A stretch of DNA of 34,104 nt, from positions 1 to 34,104 of the forward strand of contig JAXLNO010000365.1 in assembly GCA_038087875.1 (NCBI GenBank), given 5' to 3'. The notes under the pieces are model-generated. The model did not search any database, was not told where the DNA came from, and saw only the letters and a program-made list of their open reading frames with translations. The stretch is from Malacoraja senta. Its lineage: Eukaryota. Made by a program: the position numbers and the translations under genes. The first letter of the stretch is position 1, and every line of letters begins with the position of its first letter. Below, one piece after another: positions 21,337 to 33,682 of this stretch.

Positions 21337-21992
21337 AGCTCTCAGTGGGATTCCTATGAAAAGCGCAAGCCACCTTCATGATTATGAAGAATAAGAAATC
21401 TGGGTAAGAGATGAGAAGTATCCTCTTCTATATCATGTATATAATCCATAAACTGAACAAACAAAAATGTTTATGGCCACCCCTTCATATCTTGTTTATT
21501 GAGCCAGTTAAAAAAAAATCTTAACTCTGTAAATAACACGATGAAAATGTTGACCTGAATATTCTATATTATGTACATGTAAATTTATTTATGAATAAAG
21601 TTTATATTGAAATAAAGCGGACTTGGAACATAAACAGTTCTTTATCAATCTAGGCTGCTACTTTTGATTATCTTTGTATAATGTTTAAATCATGTTTCTA
21701 TTTTCATTATCACAGGGAAAGTTTAATTGTTTAAGTGAAATTTACCTCAAAAACTATTTTGAACAATCATTACAGCTTTTAAATACCACTGAATTAGATG
21801 TGGGGCTTCCTGAAAAGGTGCTGCACAAATGCAAATTATTCATTATCTCTAGCTGGAATTTTAAATATGTTTACCACATGAAAACCCAATTAACTAACTG
21901 TTTAGGCTTAATTCAGTTCCATACTAACACAGCAACTCAAATTACAAAGTTACAACTGAAACAACCTCAGTTTCTTCAAGATTTAGGCCTAC

Positions 21993-22526
21993 GTTTATTA
22001 TTGTCAAGAGGTACATAAAAAAGCTTTATTTTACATGCTATCCAGTCAAATTAAATAATACTATACAAATACAATGAAGTCAAACTCCAGTACAATAATT
22101 GGAGCAAAGGAGAAGATACAAAGTGCAGAATATAGTGCTCAGCATCATAGTGCACTGTTTCAGAGACAAAGTCCAATGTCCACAATGGGGTTGAGGTGAA
22201 TCAGATAGTACTCTAGTTTATAGATGGACCCTTCAGAAGCCTGATTACAGATGGGTAGAGGCTGTTCCTGAATCTGCTGGTGTGTGCTTTCAAGCTTCTG
22301 GACTTCTGCCTGATGGGAGCAGGGAGAAGAAGGAATGACTGGGATGGGACAAGTCTTTGATTATGTTGGCTGCTTTTCTACTGCAGTGTGGTGTAGTCAA
22401 TGGTCTGGTGAGATGGACAGGGCTACATCCACAACTCCCTACAATTTAATGCGGCCTTGGGCAGAGCTGTTTCCAAGCCAAGCTGTGATGCAACCTGACA
22501 GTATGCTTTCTATGATGCGAGGATGA
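21993..22526 (-). mobile_element. Rex1/Babar-like LINE 3' fragment, old
   Basis: Starts tttattattgtca (AATAAA-type end on the minus strand) and contains gctgttcctgaatctg...cttctgcctgatgggag, typical of Rex1 ORF ends. Recognition only. Confidence 0.55.
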
Positions 22527-23528
22527 TTGAGTGAAGTGTGTCATACTATAATGAGGCTGAGTAATGTAAAGGTGCCGGGATCAGGAATAGAGCCATGTAC
22601 AATTTAGAGGGAGCACTAAGGTGAAACTAAGCTATACAAATTCAAATTCATTAGATTAAAGATGGCAATTTTTTCATAATTATATCACACTAGCATGAAT
22701 ATGGCAGCAAGACAAACTGCTACATAGCTGTAACAGAATTATTTAAAATTGACAAGGTGATATATAAGACAACACCAAATGAACTCAAGTGTGACAATAA
22801 CATTAATTCAGACATAGCCAGGCCATTCACAACAGATATATATAGCAAAACTTTTATTAAAATTGCAGAAAATTGACTTCGTTGATCTTCGTGGCCTTTA
22901 AAAAGAGATTTACATACACCTACATTTTCTTTCCCATTGAGATAATTTCCAATCCTCTATCAGAGCTTCCTGCAATGATTTCCTGCTGTTTGGCAGATCT
23001 CTCCTCACTTATCTACAGTTGGTCCAAGAATTAGTCGGCGACTTGCTGTTTACTACCTCTTTGTCTCTTCAACATGGGATGTAGATTGTAAAGCTATGGT
23101 TGTATAATCACTGATTCAACTATCAATTTCGGTAAATGTATATTTTTGCTTTTCTTTTATATCTCATGAACTCAATGATGTTCAACCACAGTGTCAAGCT
23201 GTGAGTTAAGTCATGGCTTTCCAATTTCCTGGAGCTGGATTATTTTCACTTGTGATTCAAAATTCAAACTTTATACTGGTATGTGACCAAAGCACTACCA
23301 TTACCCTGTACATACATGAGCCAGAAATACTCATTGGTTCATCATTTTAATAGGTATAGCAAAAGCTTCTGGCCATTTGGTGAAATAGTCATGACAGGGC
23401 AGAAGGAAATAGTTAAAGGCAATGGGCCCACAATGCCCCTGGCAATAAATTCAAAACATTTTGTTGTCTGAACTAAAACTAATGGTATTTCCTTATGCTG
23501 ACATAGATATTTCTTATGTGGTCAGGGT

Positions 23529-23716
23529 TTCAAGGTCAGTTTATTGTCACATGCACCAATTAAGGTACAGTGAAATTCGATTTACCATACAGCCATACTA
23601 AAAAAAAGGCAACAAGACACACAATTACATAAAAGTTAACATAAACATCCACCACAGTGGATTCCCCACACTCCTCACTGTGATGGAAGGCAATAAAGTC
23701 CAACTTCTTCCTCTTT
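23529..23716 (-). mobile_element. Rex1-like LINE/SINE 3' end fragment
   Basis: tttattgtcacatgcaccaattaaggtacagtgaaattc motif resembling the 21993 terminus. Confidence 0.45.
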
Positions 23717-23880
23717 AATACACTCCAAAGACGTACAGGTTTGTAGGTTAATTGGTTTTGGTAAAATTGTAAATTGTCCCTCGTGTGTAGGATAGTTTAA
23801 GTCTGTATGGATTGCTGGTCAGCGCAGACTCAGTGGGCTGAGGGACCTGTTTTCACACTGTATATCTAAACTAAACTAAA
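23717..23880 (+). mobile_element. 5'-truncated V-SINE-like element
   Basis: cactccaaagacgtacagg...tatctaaactaaactaaa matches 19258-19400. Confidence 0.8.
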
Positions 23881-23989
23881 GTGGTAAGAGATGTTAGGAA
23901 TAAAATTCCTCAGTCTTTTGACTAATAAAATCCCTCAATCTTCTGACTTTCTGATGAGTACTTTCTTGGTCATATCGTTAATCTCAATT

Positions 23990-24335
23990 GGACTAGGTTA
24001 CAGAGTCAAGGATCCAGTTGCAGAGGGGGAATGCTAAGTCCTAGGTCCAGGAGTTTGGAGATGATTTTGGTTAGAATTACCATGTGGAAGATGGAGCTAT
24101 TGTCAATAAACAGGAGTCTGACTTTGTCATCCTTGTTATACAAATATTACAGGGATGAGTGCAGGACTGGTGATATGGTGTCTGCCATTGGTGGTATGCA
24201 GTGGACCTAGGCTGTTTAGGGAGCTAGTGTTAATATGCAATATGATTAGCCTCTTGAAGCACTTTATGCTGGTGAATGTCAGAGTCACCAGACAGTAGTC
24301 ATTAATGTACATGACTTTGATTTTCCTTGGCACCA
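23990..24335 (-). pseudogene. Rex1-like RT remnant
   Basis: LVPRKIKVMYINDYCLVTLTFTSIKCFKRLI resembles the PVPKK...LNDYRPVALTS..MKCFERLV motif. Confidence 0.65.
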
Positions 24336-24974
24336 GAATTCTCAGCCCAATTGGATGGTTTCTTAATTTAATTCCAGCATTCAGTAACCTGGATAGGCTT
24401 TGTAGTAATGATGAAACCTCTTTAAGTAACTCACTCTTCAGCATTTACAATTGGGATAGGAGTAAAGAAGGGGTTGGGGTGAGGGAATGGCATAATTTTC
24501 ACTGATATTTGCTTCATACATTAAAATCTGTATAAAATAAAAAATAAATCGGAGCACCCAACAGTAGACAGATGCCTCCTGGCTTTATGTTACGGCCTTA
24601 ACGTGTCATGTTCTACTTCTGTAGCTCTGTTTTATTAACCATGATGTTAAAGTTGATCACAGAGCTGGAGGACATTCAAGATCTGAACAGATGATTAAGT
24701 TCCTCCTCTATTCCCTTTTCTTCAAGGATCAATAGAATTTCCCTGAAAATTTAATGGATAGTGTTGTGCTTTAGAATCCTGAAAAAACCCATTATGGACT
24801 TCTCACATTCATTGATTGCTCAATCAATTGGCTCTTGATCTTGAAGCACTGCTAAATAAATAACATGTCTAAAACTGAATAAGGCATACTTGCAGATTGC
24901 AGTACATTGTACTCCACCCCACCTCTGTGCTTAACTTGAAAGAGAGCTTATTGTCCCAATTTGTATCATGTATT

Positions 24975-25630
24975 TGGTGGCACAATGACACATCTAGTGG
25001 AGCTGCTGCCTCACAGCACCAGAGATTCGGGTTCCATCCTGACCTCTCGGGTGCTGTCTTCGTGGAGTTTGCACATTAGGTTTTGTTTATTTGTTTAGAG
25101 ATACAGTGCGGAAACAGGCCCTTCGGCCCACCAAGTCCAAAACGACCAGCGATCACCGCAAATCAACACTACCCTACACACACTAGGAACAATTTACATT
25201 TATACCAAGCCAATTAACCTACAAACCCGTATGTCTTTGGAGTGTGGGAGGAAATCGAAGATCTCCGAGAAAACCCACGCAGGTCACGGGGAGAACGTCC
25301 AAACTCCGTACAGACAGCACCCGTAGTCAGGATCGAACCTAGGTCTCCGGCGCTGCAAGTGCTGTAAGGCAGCAACTCTACCGCTGCTCCACCATGCCGC
25401 CCACATTCTCTCTGTGACCTCGTGGGATATCTCTGGGTGCTCCGGTTTCCCCCCCACATCTCAAAGACGTGCAGGTTTATAGGTTAATTGGCCTCTGTAA
25501 AATTGTCCCTAGCATGTAGTGAGTGGGTGTGAAAGTGGGAGAACATAGAACATGTCATCAATGTGAACACGTTTACTCGGTGGGCTAAAGGGCCTATTCC
25601 CATGCTATATTTCTAAACTCTAAACTTTAA
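24975..25630 (+). mobile_element. Older V-SINE-like element split by a younger SINE
   Basis: Head 24975-25077 and body 25402-25630 rejoin at CACATT. Confidence 0.8.
25078..25401 (-). mobile_element. Full-length V-SINE-like element with 6-bp TSD
   Basis: The minus strand starts gggcggcatggtggagcagcggtagag (A box) and has ggttcgatcc (B box). CACATT is duplicated at 25072-25077 and 25402-25407. Confidence 0.88.
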
Positions 25631-26000
25631 AATCCAAACAAAAATCTGATCACATTTATTATATTCAGACCCAGATAATACTGTTCTTGCATGAGATAAG
25701 ATCAAAATGTCTTGAAAGAATGTAATGAAACACTGGCATAGATAGATGGTGCATCTTGGTTGGCATGGATGAGTGAGCTGAAGGACCTGTTTCTAAGCTG
25801 CATGACTCTAATATATTGAATTACATAAACAGGCTGATCAAGATTGTCATCACAGGACAGAAGTCCATTATGTACGTATATTTTTAGCCTCTGCCATCTA
25901 TTCCACAAGATGTTCAGGTATTCTCCATGGCTGAGCTCCGTAGCCTTCTGGGATAGAGAATTCCATAGGGTCAGGTGAAGAAATTATTCTCATGTTAAGG

Positions 26001-26130
26001 AAGGAACTACAGATTCTGGTTTAAACCGAAGATAAACCGGAGAGAAGGAATGGGTGATGTTTCGGGTCGACCTCTCCAGAGATGCTGCCTGTTCAGCCGA
26101 GTTACTCCCAACATTTTGTGTTTATCTTTG
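26001..26130. mobile_element. Two oppositely oriented Penelope-like terminal-repeat fragments
   Basis: gaatgggtgatgtttcgggtcgac (same sense as 18394-18420) is fused to ctccagagatgctgcctg...gagttactcc (reverse of 18345-18390). Confidence 0.65.
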
Positions 26131-27084
26131 TTTCCCATGTTAGCCATGTCCCACATTTCCAGTAACGTAATCGTCCTACGAGTGTCCTTTCCACGAAGAG
26201 CTTGACAATCTTTACACATTTCAGCAGGAACATTTTATTCCTTTAAACATGGGAACGGAAGCCAAGTTTACTTAATGTCACCAACATTATTATGAAAGAA
26301 GTTTCTGAAAATTGTCAGTTAGAAATGCTTTTTTCAGGTTGATAATACTACCTGGAATTCAAAGGAGCTTCCTACTGCCTCCATATATGTTTGTTCTTGA
26401 TCAGAAACAAATTTGTAATGAATGCATAAACAGCTAATGGAAGCTGATGAAACAGGAGGCAGCAGTTTTTTTAATGTTTGGAATAAGCACTTGTTGTGGT
26501 CAAATGAACCATTCTCATCATTAGATGATAATAAACCACATGTAACACTTACGGTTGTTGGATGGCCAGCTGGCAGCTGCTACCAACATCTTGCCATTAG
26601 CATCACAAGCAATCATTACAGTACTTACTGCTGGCACCTTCCCTTCATTCATTACCCAATCTCCATCCCCTCTATTTCTTCCTCTCTACCCATTTTGCAA
26701 GTTGAGAAATTAACCTCCATTTCTCCAGGAATAATACTTTGCAGAAAAATATTTATCCTGAAAAAAACAAAAAGATCACTAGTCCTTTTTTTTCTCCATG
26801 CACTTTTATTCTGCAGTCTGACATAAACGTTGTTTATTTCGATTAATCAACATTATTTTTGAATACTGCATCACAGATTTACATAAAAAGACCAAGGCCA
26901 TATTTTCCACAATTCCTGAACCAGTACCAGTTTGAAAGAGTTACTCACCCAATTGCTTGATCTTTCCCTATTCATGAAGACTTTTCAAGTACCTGTATAT
27001 ATTTAATGACTTTAATATTGAATCTCCATCTTTTCAGGTCAGAAATTTCAAATCCATCAAGTGACCCACAATGGAAATGTCAAA

Positions 27085-27368
27085 GACATGTCAAAGGCAT
27101 AGCTTTATAGTGAGCGGGGCAAAGTTTACAGGAGATGTGCGGGCTATGTTTTTACACAGAGAGTGAGTGGTACCTAGGTACCTAGGTGGTGGTGGAAGCA
27201 CAGACTGTACAGTAGTGGCATTTAAGAGGATATTAGATAGCACATGGATATGCAGGGAATGGAGAGATATGGACCATGTGCAGACAAGGATATTAGTTTA
27301 ACTTGGCATCAAGTTCAACACAGATGTTGTGCAATGAACAGCCTGTTCCTGTGCTGTAATCTTCTATA
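27085..27368 (+). mobile_element. Old CR1 3' fragment; its tail continues at 29485-29497
   Basis: tttttacacagagagtg...catttaagagg...ttagatag motifs of the CR1 ORF2 end. The (ttctatg)-type tail is split by the Helitron. Confidence 0.75.
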
Positions 27369-27579
27369 TCTATATTACTAAAAGTAAGATCTTGACCGCT
27401 TTTGACTCACTGCGATGTGATTTCCGAGAGAACGCCGCCACTTACGGCCGTCATTTTTGGCCTCCTCGCTCAGAGTCCCCGTCCGCCGGACTGGACTGGA
27501 GGATTTTTCCCATCGATGAAAAATCGGAGATATATTCATGACTTAAAACATTTAGACATTCTCTCTGCTGCCCCTGCTG

Positions 27580-27645
27580 GTGGGAGGGGGGAGGGACTAT
27601 AAAACCCGGAAGTGGTGTGCCTCACTCAGTCTCTGCAAGATGGAG
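27580..27645 (+). promoter_or_regulatory. Candidate Pol II core promoter within the Helitron
   Basis: G-rich box, TATAAAA 27598-27604, ETS motif CCGGAAGTG 27606-27614, Inr-like TCAGT with its A 30 nt after the first T of the TATA, and YY1-like CAAGATGG 27636-27643. A weaker copy lies at 28745-28805. Confidence 0.4.
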
Positions 27646-27745
27646 GAAGCGAGAGGGTCATGTCACTCTGAGCTCTGAATAAAACTGAACACATGTTTAC
27701 TCAACTGTGAGTGCCCTTAATGTGGTTTGAGAATGAAAATATGGT

Positions 27746-28530
27746 TGGGTTGAAGTAAAAAGGCACTGCAAAGCGTTGTTTGTGGTTTTTGGGTTGAAGT
27801 AAAAAGGCACTGCAAAGGGTTGTTTGGGGGTTTTCGGTTGAAGTGAAAAGGCACTGCAGATGGTTGTTTGGGGCTTTTGGGTTGAAGTGAAAAGGCACTG
27901 AAGATGGTTGCATGGGGGTTTTGGGTTGAAGTGAAAAGGCACTGCAGATGGTTGCTTGGGCGTTTTGGGTTGAAGTGAAAAGGCACTGCAGATGGTTGCT
28001 TGGGGGTTTTGTGTTGAAGTGAAAAGGCACTGCAGATGGTTGCTTGGGTGTTTTGGGTTGAAGTGAAAAGGCACTGCAGATGGTTGCTTGGGGGTTTTGT
28101 GTTGAAGTGAAAAGGCACTGCAGATGGTTGCTTGGGGGTTTTGTGTTGACGTGAAAAGGCATTGCAGATGGTTGCTTGGGGGTTTTGGGATGAAGTGAAA
28201 AGGCATTGCAGATGGTTGCTTGGGGTTTTGGGTTGAAGTGAAAAGGCACTGCAGATGGTTGCTTGGAGGTTTTGGGTTGAAGTGAAAAGGCATTGCAGAT
28301 GGTTGCTTGGGGGTTTTGGGTTGAAGTGAAAAGGCACTGCAAATGGTTGCTTGGGGTTTTTGGGTTGAAGTCAAAAAGCACTGCAAATAGTTGCTTGGGG
28401 ATTTTGGGTTGAAGTGCAAAGGCACTGCAAATGGTTTTTTGGGGGTTTTGTGTTGAAGTGAAAATGCACTGCAAATGGTTGTTTGGGGGTTTTGGGTTGA
28501 AGTAAAAGGCACTGCAAATGGTTGTTTGTC
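27746..28530. repeat. 44-bp minisatellite, about 18 copies
   Basis: Unit ttgaagtgaaaaggcactgcagatggttgcttgggggttttggg. It explains the three overlapping repetitive minus-strand ORFs. Confidence 0.96.
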
Positions 28531-28919
28531 TAAGCTTGGCAACTTCCTGTTTTCACTATATTGATTTTAGATAAAACGCTACCACATAAGGCTGTGATTT
28601 TTGCCCATCTTAATCAGTCCCCCTCCGCTCATCAGGTGCAGAGGATTCTTCCCATCAATGAAAAATAAAAGTGTTATTCGTGTTTAAAAAATGTTGAGAA
28701 TCTCTTTCCTGTCAATCACGCCATGAAGGCCACACCTTTTCTGGTGGGAGGGGTAGGGAGTATAAAACCTGGAAGTGTGGGTGTGGCTCTGTCTCTGCAT
28801 GATGGGGGAGGGAGAGGTCACGACTCTGTCTGAGCTGTGAATCAAGTGAACACACTGAATGTCTACTGAACTGTGAGTGTGGTGTTTTGTGTGGTTTTAT
28901 GGTGGTTTTATGGTGGTTT

Positions 28920-29208
28920 CACCCTGCTTGAAATGGTATGAAACTGCATTTGAATGTGGTGGCCTTGCACCCTGCATGAAATTGTATGAAACTGCACTTG
29001 AATTTGGTGGCCTTGCACACTCCTTGAAATGGTATGAAACTGCACTTGAATTTGGTGGCCTTGCACCCTGCTAGAAGTGGTTTGAAACTGCACTTGAATT
29101 TTGTGGCCTTGCACCCTGCTCGAAGAGGTAAGAAACTGCACTTGAATTTGGTGCTCTTGCACCCTGCTTGAAATGGTGTGAAAATGGATTTGAATTTGGT
29201 GGCCTTGC
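28920..29208. repeat. 48-bp minisatellite, 6 copies
   Basis: Unit caccctgcttgaaatggtatgaaactgcacttgaatttggtggccttg. Confidence 0.95.
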
Positions 29209-29907
29209 TTGAGTCAACTGCCAGCCCACCAGCCGTGAGTGAGCTGCCAGCACATCAGGCTTGAGGGACTGAGCTGCCACCCCAAGAATCCATTTGGCCC
29301 ACAATGTCCACACTAGCCCTCTGGAGACCAGTAGTCCCTGCAGTCAACAACACCCATTCCAGCGCTCCAGAAAGCCCCCCCCCTCCCCCCCCACTTGCCA
29401 CCAATATTGGAGAGGTGGAATATTGCGTCGGGGGACCAGACCTCCCGTGTGAACATGGGACCCAACGTGTCCCACTTAGTCTAGTTCTATGTTCTATAAT
29501 AACTTCCTTTGTAAAACTTTTTCTCTTGGTTTGCCACAGAAATTTTAATCAGTTGTCTTAAAGTAGAGCCTTCAATTTGATAATCCCCTTACCATGCAAC
29601 CACTTCTACATACACATGATGTCCATGGATATGAGAGGCCCAGGAGCCGTTGGTGCGGGAGGAGCAACGTCTGGGCGGTAGGTTTAAAAAACGATCGCGT
29701 GGCTTTATTCCACAGAGGCCCAGGAGCCGTTGGTGCGGGAGGAGTACCCAACACTGCAACCTTCCATTCACATTTCACATTTCAAAATAAGGGGGCTTGG
29801 GGAAGCCGCTGATTGGTGGAAGCGGACTAGAGGAAGCAGCTGATTGGGTGTCAGATTCCTGCTGATTTCTTCCAGCAATTTGTATTGTATCCAGGGTAAG
29901 GGGGAGA

Positions 29908-30848
29908 ATGAGGGCCAGGGCAGTTTATTGTTCTGGATCTCAGATGTGGGAGGTCATGGAATCTGATAGTCTTCCAGACGTCCACATCTGTGCCAGTTGT
30001 GTCGAGATGGGGCGCCTAAGGGACCGTTTTAGGAACCTGGAGCAGCAGCTCGATGACCTCTGTCTGGTCAGGGAGAGTGAGGAGGTCATAGAGAGGAGTT
30101 ATAGAGAGGTGGTCACTCCAAGACCACGGGAGGCAGACAAGTGGGTCATGGTTAGGAGGGGCAAGGGGCAGAGGCAGGGACTAAAGAGTACCCCGGTGGC
30201 TGTACACCTTGGCAATAAGTACTCCTGTTTGAGTACTGTTGGGGGGGACAGCCTACCTGGGCCACAGACCCACTGACAGCGGCCGGGCTTCCGGTACAGA
30301 GACCGGCCCTGTTGCTCAGAATGATAGGGAAAAGAAGAGGAGGGCAATAGTAATAGGGGACTATAGTTAGGGGGTCAGATAGGCGATTCTGTGGACGCAG
30401 TCAGGAGACCCGGATGGTAGTTTGCCTCCCTGGTGCCAGGGTCTGGGATGTGTCTGAACGTGTCCAAGATATCCTGAAATGGGAGGGAGAGGAGCCCGAG
30501 GTCATGGTACATATAGGTACCAATGACATAGGTAGAAAAACAGAAGAGGTCCTGAAAGGAGAATTTAGGGAGTTAGGAGGAGAGTTAAGGAGAAGGACCG
30601 CAAACATAACAATCTCAGGATTACTGCCTGTGCCACGCGACAGTGAGAGTAGGAATGGAGCGAGGTGGAGAATAAATGCGTGGCTGAAGGACTGGTGCAG
30701 GGGGCAGGGATTCAAGTTTCTGGATCATTGGAATCTCTTTTGGGGAAGGTGTGACCTGTACAAAATGGACGGGTTGCACTTGAACCCGAGGGGGACCAAT
30801 ATCCTGGCGGGGAGATTTGCAAAGGCTACTGGGGAGACTTTAAACTAG
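29908..30848 (+). pseudogene. CR1 ORF1: zinc-finger/coiled-coil plus SGNH esterase-like domain, disrupted
   Basis: YCSGSQMW...HICASC, LEQQLDDL, then LPGA, HIGTND and DGLHL, with a stop at 30276 and a frameshift. Confidence 0.85.
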
Positions 30849-31029
30849 AACGGTTGGGGGGAGGGACTCAAATAGAGAAAGCTAGTATACAGTGTGTGAG
30901 GCAGGAGGCAGAGAAGGGAAGCACTCAGACCCAACATGTAGGGGTGAAAGAAGAAAAAGATAATAAACAGAGAACAAGAGGTAGTGTTTTTTTTTATAAT
31001 GAGTGAGCAGAGAGAAAGAGGGGTGTAAA

Positions 31030-33682
31030 ATGAGGGTAGAAGCAATAGGTAGCAAGGTGAAAAGTAAAAGTGGCAGGCATACAAATCCAGGGCAAAAATC
31101 AAAAATGGCCATATTTCAACATAATTGTATAAGGGGTAAGAGTGTTGTAAAAACAAGCCTGAAGGCTTTTTGTCTCAATGCAAGGAGCATTCGTAATAAG
31201 GTGGATGAGTTGAATGTGCAGAAAGTTATTAATGAATATGATATAGTTCGGATCACGGAGACATGGCTCCAGGGTGACCAAGGCTGGGAGCTGAACATCC
31301 AGGGATATTCAACATTCAGGAGGGATAGACAGAAAGGAAAAGGAGGTGGAGTAGCGTTGCTGGTTAGAGAGAAGATTAACGCAATAGAAAGGAAGGACAT
31401 TAGCTTGGAGGATGTGGAATCGATATGGGTAGAGCTGCGAAACACTAAGGGGCAGAAAACGCTAGTGGGAGTTGTGTACAGGCCCCCTAACAGTAGTAGT
31501 GTTGGGGATGACATCAAACATGAAATTAGAAATGCGTGCAACAAAGGTAAAACAGTTATAATGGGTGACTTCAACGTACATATAGTTTGGGTGAATCAAA
31601 TTGGCAGGGGTGCTGAGGAAGAGGATTTCTTGGAATCTATGCAGGATAGTTTTCTAAACCAACATGTCGAGGAACCAACGAGAGAGCAGGCTATTCTAGA
31701 CTGGGTATTGAGTAATGAGGATGGGTTAGTTAGCAGTCTGTTGTGCGTGGCCCCTTGGGCAAGAGTGACCATAATATGGTTGAGTTCTTCATTAGGATGG
31801 AGAGTGACATAATTAATTCAGAAACAAGGATTCTGAACTTAAAGAAAGGTAACTTTGAGGGTATGAGACGTGAATTGGCCAAGATAGACTGGCAATTGAT
31901 TCTTAAAGTGTTGACGGTGGATATGCAATGGAAGGCATTTGAAGAGAAAAAGATTAGTTAAAACAAATGTAGGTCCCTTGCAGTCAGAAACCGGTGAATT
32001 GATGATGGGGAACAAGGACATGGCAGACCAATTGAATAACTACTTTGGTTCTGTCTTCACTAAGGAAGACTTAATTAATCTGCCGGAAATAGCAGAGGAC
32101 CGGGGGTCAAATGAGATGGAGGAACTCCAGGAGTGAAATCCAGGTTAGCCGGGAAGTGGTGTTAGGTAAATTGAATGGATTAAAGGCCGATAAATCCCCA
32201 GGGCCAGATAGGCTGCATTCCAGAGTACTTACGGAAGTAGCCCCAGAAAAAGTGGATGCATTAGTGATAATTTTTCAAAACACTTTATATTCTGGAGTGG
32301 TTCCTGAGGATTGTAGGGTAGCTAATGTAACCCCACTTTTTAAAAAGGGAGGGAGAGAGAAAACGGGGAATTACAGACCAGTTAGTCTAACATTGGTAGT
32401 GGGGAAACTGCTAGAGTCAGTTATTAAAGATGGGATAGCAGCACATTTGGAAAATGGTGAAATGATTGGACAAAGTCAGCATGGATTTATGAAAGGTAAA
32501 TCATGTCTGATGAATCTTATAGAATTTTTCGAGGATGTAACTAGTAAAGTGGATAAGGGAGAACCAGTGGATGTGTTATATCTGGACTTTTAGAAGGCTT
32601 TCGACAAGGTCCCACATAAGAGATTAATATACAAACTTAAAGTACACGGTATTGGGGGTTCAGTATTGATGTGGATAGAGAACTGGCTGGCAGACAGGAA
32701 GCAAAGTGTAGGAGTAAACGGGTCCTTTTCAGAATGGCAGGCAGTGACTAGTGGGGTACTGCAAGGCTCAGTGCTGGGACCCCAGCTATTTAAAATATAT
32801 ATTAATGATTTGAACGAGGGAATTGAATGCAACATCTCCAAGGTTGTGGATGACACGAAGCTGGGGGGCAGTGTTATCTGTGAGGAGGGTGCTAGGAGGC
32901 TGCAAGATGACTTGGATAGGCTGGGTGAGTGGACAAATGCATGGCAGATGCAGTATAATGTGGATAAATGTGAGGTTATCCACTTTAGTGGCAAAAACAG
33001 GAAAGTAGGCTATTACCTGAATGGTGGCTGATTAGGAAAAGGGGAGATGCAACAAGACCTGGGTGTCATGGTACACCAGCCATTGAAAGTAGGCATGCAG
33101 GTGCAGCAGGCAGTGAAGAAAGCGAATGGTATGTTAGCATTCATAGCAAAAGGATTTGAGTATAGGAGCAGGGAGGTTCTACTGCAGTTGTACAGGGTCT
33201 TGGTGAGACCACACCTGGAGTATTGCGTACTGTTTTGTTCTCCTAATCTGAGGAAGGACATTCTTGCCATTGAGGGAGTGCAGAGAAGGTTCACCAGACT
33301 GATTCCTGGGATGTCAGGAATTTCATATGAAGAAAGACTGGATAGACTCGGCTTGTACTCGCTAGAATTTAGAAGATTGAGGGGGGATCTTATAGAAACT
33401 TATAAAATTCTTAAGTGGTTGGACAGGCTAGATGCAGGAAGATTGTTCCCGATGTTGGGGAAGTCCAGAACAAGGGTTCACAGTTTAAGGATAAAGGGGA
33501 AATCTTTTAGGACTGAGATGAGAAAAACGTTTTTTACACAGAGAGTGGTGAATCTCTGGAATTCTCTGCCACAGAATGTAGTTGAGGCCAGTTCATTGGC
33601 TATATTTAAGAGGGAGTTAAATGTGGCCCTTGTGGCTAAAGGGATCAGGGGGTATGGAGAGAAAGCAGGTACAGGATACTGA
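31030..33682 (+). pseudogene. CR1 ORF2: APE endonuclease plus reverse transcriptase, with an internal deletion at about 31940, stops and frameshifts
   Basis: ORFs 31003..31812, 32111..32593, 32666..33031 and 33047..33682. WKAF is joined directly to KRKRLVK relative to copy A (about 7547-7828 missing). Confidence 0.92.

Larger units (their letters stand above)
27369..29484 (+). mobile_element. Non-autonomous Helitron
   Basis: 5' TCtatattactaaaag, 3' hairpin tgggac-N7-gtccca (29456-29474) ending 10 nt before the final base of the terminal CTAG. Inserted between A and T with no TSD; the flanks rejoin as ttctata|ttctatgttctat. Confidence 0.88.

Noticed and set aside
21540..21616. Possible Tx1/L1-type 3' end (tgaataaagtttatattgaaataaa)
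   Set aside because: It is too short and AT-rich, with no clear TSD, to call.
27746..28530. Array of IRF-like AAGTGAAA sites as an interferon-responsive enhancer
   Set aside because: There is only a partial motif per unit and no supporting evidence in the sequence.
27697..28542. Three long overlapping repetitive minus-strand ORFs
   Set aside because: They are an artefact of a 44-bp minisatellite with no stops on that strand.
27746..29208. CRISPR-like arrays
   Set aside because: These are head-to-tail tandem units with no unique spacers, no cas genes, and a eukaryotic context.
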